Source of the DNA: Promethearchaeota archaeon
GTDB taxonomy: Archaea; Asgardarchaeota; Hermodarchaeia; Hermodarchaeales; Hermodarchaeaceae
Direction: 5' to 3'
NCBI GenBank assembly: GCA_048938295.1
Contig: JBHLMI010000054.1
Location: 1 to 6,497, forward strand
DNA: 6,497 bases
Part shown: positions 5,447 through 6,497 of the stretch, in pieces
How the letters are laid out: each line of letters begins with the position of its first letter
How positions within the stretch are numbered: position 1 is the stretch's first letter
Notes under the pieces: generated by a model
Told to the model about the DNA's origin: nothing
The model's database searches: none
The model's input: only the letters and a program-made list of their open reading frames with translations
Position numbers and translations under genes: made by a program

Positions 5447-6211
5447 TCAGGATTTCTTGTATCGGTGGATTTCTGGTTCGTACACTTCGCCTTCGCTGAG
5501 CAGGTCAATGAGTACCTGTTCAACTACTTCCTCGTTCGCATCACCGGTTACCTCGAGGATCTGTTCAAACCGTGCTCCACCATCAGCATCATACTTTTGA
5601 ATGGTTTCCAACACGATTCGGCGAAGTTCTGGCGTGGGAGTCATCGACTCATCAGATTCTTCTAATGTAGCTGTCGCCGTGTGCCACACACCTGGCTCCA
5701 ACTCTTTTTGTCTTCCAGATTCAGGGAGGCTTTCATCAATCATCGTAATCGGGGATGCAGTGCTAACCTGCGCCTGTAGTCGATGGGGATTAATCCGTGA
5801 CCGCCTCAGCTCCAAGAGTCGAACCGTTTCCCAGTTTGGGTCCTCTAATCGTCGAACTAGTTCGCCATTGATATAGGTTTCGCCCTGAAAACTGCGAACC
5901 CGACCAACCACCACGACCAGATCGCCTATCTCAATGTCCGCTAGTTTAGCTGCTAGCTCCCCCCACATTTTCGTCCGGATTACCCCGGTTCCGTCATCTA
6001 AGGTGATCGTTGCAAAGCCCTTTCCTTCTTCATCCAGACGGCTCTGAGTGGCTTGATATCGGTCCACAACAGTGGCAATAATGTTCACCCGACTCACGGG
6101 ACCAAGAAACGTCTCAACACCCACTACGTTCCCCTGATCGTTGGCTATCAAATCCCCGTCTTGGATATCAAGGATTGCTACTTTTGCGGCGGTGGATCGC
6201 TTCTGAAACAT
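5447..6211 (-). CDS. rpa2: Replication protein A subunit 2 (RPA32/Rpa2-like): OB fold, helix, linker and C-terminal winged helix
   Basis: N-terminal KRS.A.KV.I.DI..G, OB core RVNIIATVV...LDDGTGVI......IGDLV.VVGRV, helix DPNWETVRLLEL and C-terminal LIDLLSEGEVYEPE...YK, matching the Thermococcales Rpa2 architecture as I recall it. Confidence 0.85.
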   Translation of the reverse strand: MFQKRSTAAKVAILDIQDGDLIANDQGNVVGVETFLGPVSRVNIIATVVDRYQATQSRLDEEGKGFATITLDDGTGVIRTKMWGELAAKLADIEIGDLVVVVGRVRSFQGETYINGELVRRLEDPNWETVRLLELRRSRINPHRLQAQVSTASPITMIDESLPESGRQKELEPGVWHTATATLEESDESMTPTPELRRIVLETIQKYDADGGARFEQILEVTGDANEEVVEQVLIDLLSEGEVYEPEIHRYKKS

Positions 6212-6240
6212 ATGTTTTCCAACTCCATTCGGTTACCAAC

Positions 6241-6257
6241 CTTAATACACTTTATTG
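6241..6257 (-). promoter_or_regulatory. Possible BRE-TATA promoter of rpa2
   Basis: CAATAAAGT-GTATTAAG about 30-45 nt upstream of ATG 6211; GGAG (6226..6223) and GGA also precede the ATG. Confidence 0.35.
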
Positions 6258-6263
6258 AAAAAA
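6258..6263 (-). terminator. Possible oligo-T terminator for the upstream minus-strand gene
   Basis: T6 run 52 nt downstream of the TAA at 6317..6315. Confidence 0.4.
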
Positions 6264-6314
6264 CTTCTTGACGACGTAGACCGCGAAAAGATACAGTGAC
6301 GGCCCTACGATTCT

Positions 6315-6497
6315 TTAGAAAAATATGGAGGCGTCACTTGGGTTATCCGATTTTTCTGGTGGTGCTGCTGTGTTCGTATTTGAAGGAACGAAACAACCCT
6401 GTTCGTGAAGTTGTTCAAGGGCATTGGCGATGTCGAATTTCTTCTTCGATCCAAATTTTTCGATGGCTGCAACAAACAGCTGAGGAAGGTAAATCCG
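6315..6497 (-). CDS. C-terminal 60 residues of an unidentified gene entering from the right edge
   Basis: Open frame RIYLPQLFVAAIEKFGSKKKFDIANALEQLHEQGCFVPSNTNTAAPPEKSDNPSDASIFF then TAA; amphipathic helical pattern, same strand as the cluster, followed by a T-tract. Not in the supplied ORF track because its start lies outside the window. Confidence 0.55.
   Translation of the reverse strand, partial: RIYLPQLFVAAIEKFGSKKKFDIANALEQLHEQGCFVPSNTNTAAPPEKSDNPSDASIFF

Noticed and set aside
992-6271. Remaining short ORFs from the track (992..1252, 1586..1849, 1605..1871, 1890..2243, 2949..3323, 3369..3557, 4245..4445, 4282..4542, 4842..5078, 4936..5142, 5156..5362, 5314..5523, 5411..5665, 5601..5876, 6053..6271)
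   Set aside because: Antisense or frame-shifted shadows of well-supported genes, or ORFs crossing promoter spacers, with no recognisable motifs. The hydrophobic 5156..5362 ORF is just the antisense of Lys/Thr/Ala codons in the eif2b extension.
6338-6497. Plus-strand TTG-start ORF after GGAGG (6327..6331), suggesting a divergent gene
   Set aside because: It overlaps the more protein-like minus-strand frame and its translation has no recognisable pattern. It cannot be fully excluded without flanking sequence.
1-6497. CRISPR array, transposon, rRNA, frameshift or pseudogene
   Set aside because: No regularly spaced repeats, terminal inverted repeats, transposase or rRNA motifs were seen, and all recognised genes appear intact.

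Overview
Archaeal housekeeping locus with no sign of a mobile element, CRISPR array or defence system. The minus strand carries a ribosome-maturation and translation-initiation cluster in this order: 3' end of an unidentified gene, RPA32/Rpa2-like OB-fold plus winged-helix protein, aIF2-beta, DUF424, NMD3, aIF1A, Nep1/Emg1, RIO1 kinase, Dim2/Pno1-like KH protein and tRNA-Asn(GUU). A plus-strand hypothetical gene converges on the tRNA. The gene order resembles the TACK/Asgard-type cluster (inference from recalled synteny, not a search). Four features stand out. (1) The tRNA-Asn has a 30-nt intron at non-canonical position 30/31 with a relaxed bulge-helix-bulge (BHB) motif. (2) aIF2-beta has a Lys/Thr/Ala/Pro-rich N-terminal extension of about 60 residues. 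(3) aIF1A has a Lys/Gly-rich N-terminal tail resembling that of eukaryotic eIF1A. (4) nep1 sits between the usually adjacent eif1a and rio1. I see no clearly new enzymatic system; the main interest is evolutionary (eukaryote-like tails on initiation factors in a genome that still uses strong Shine-Dalgarno (SD) sites).
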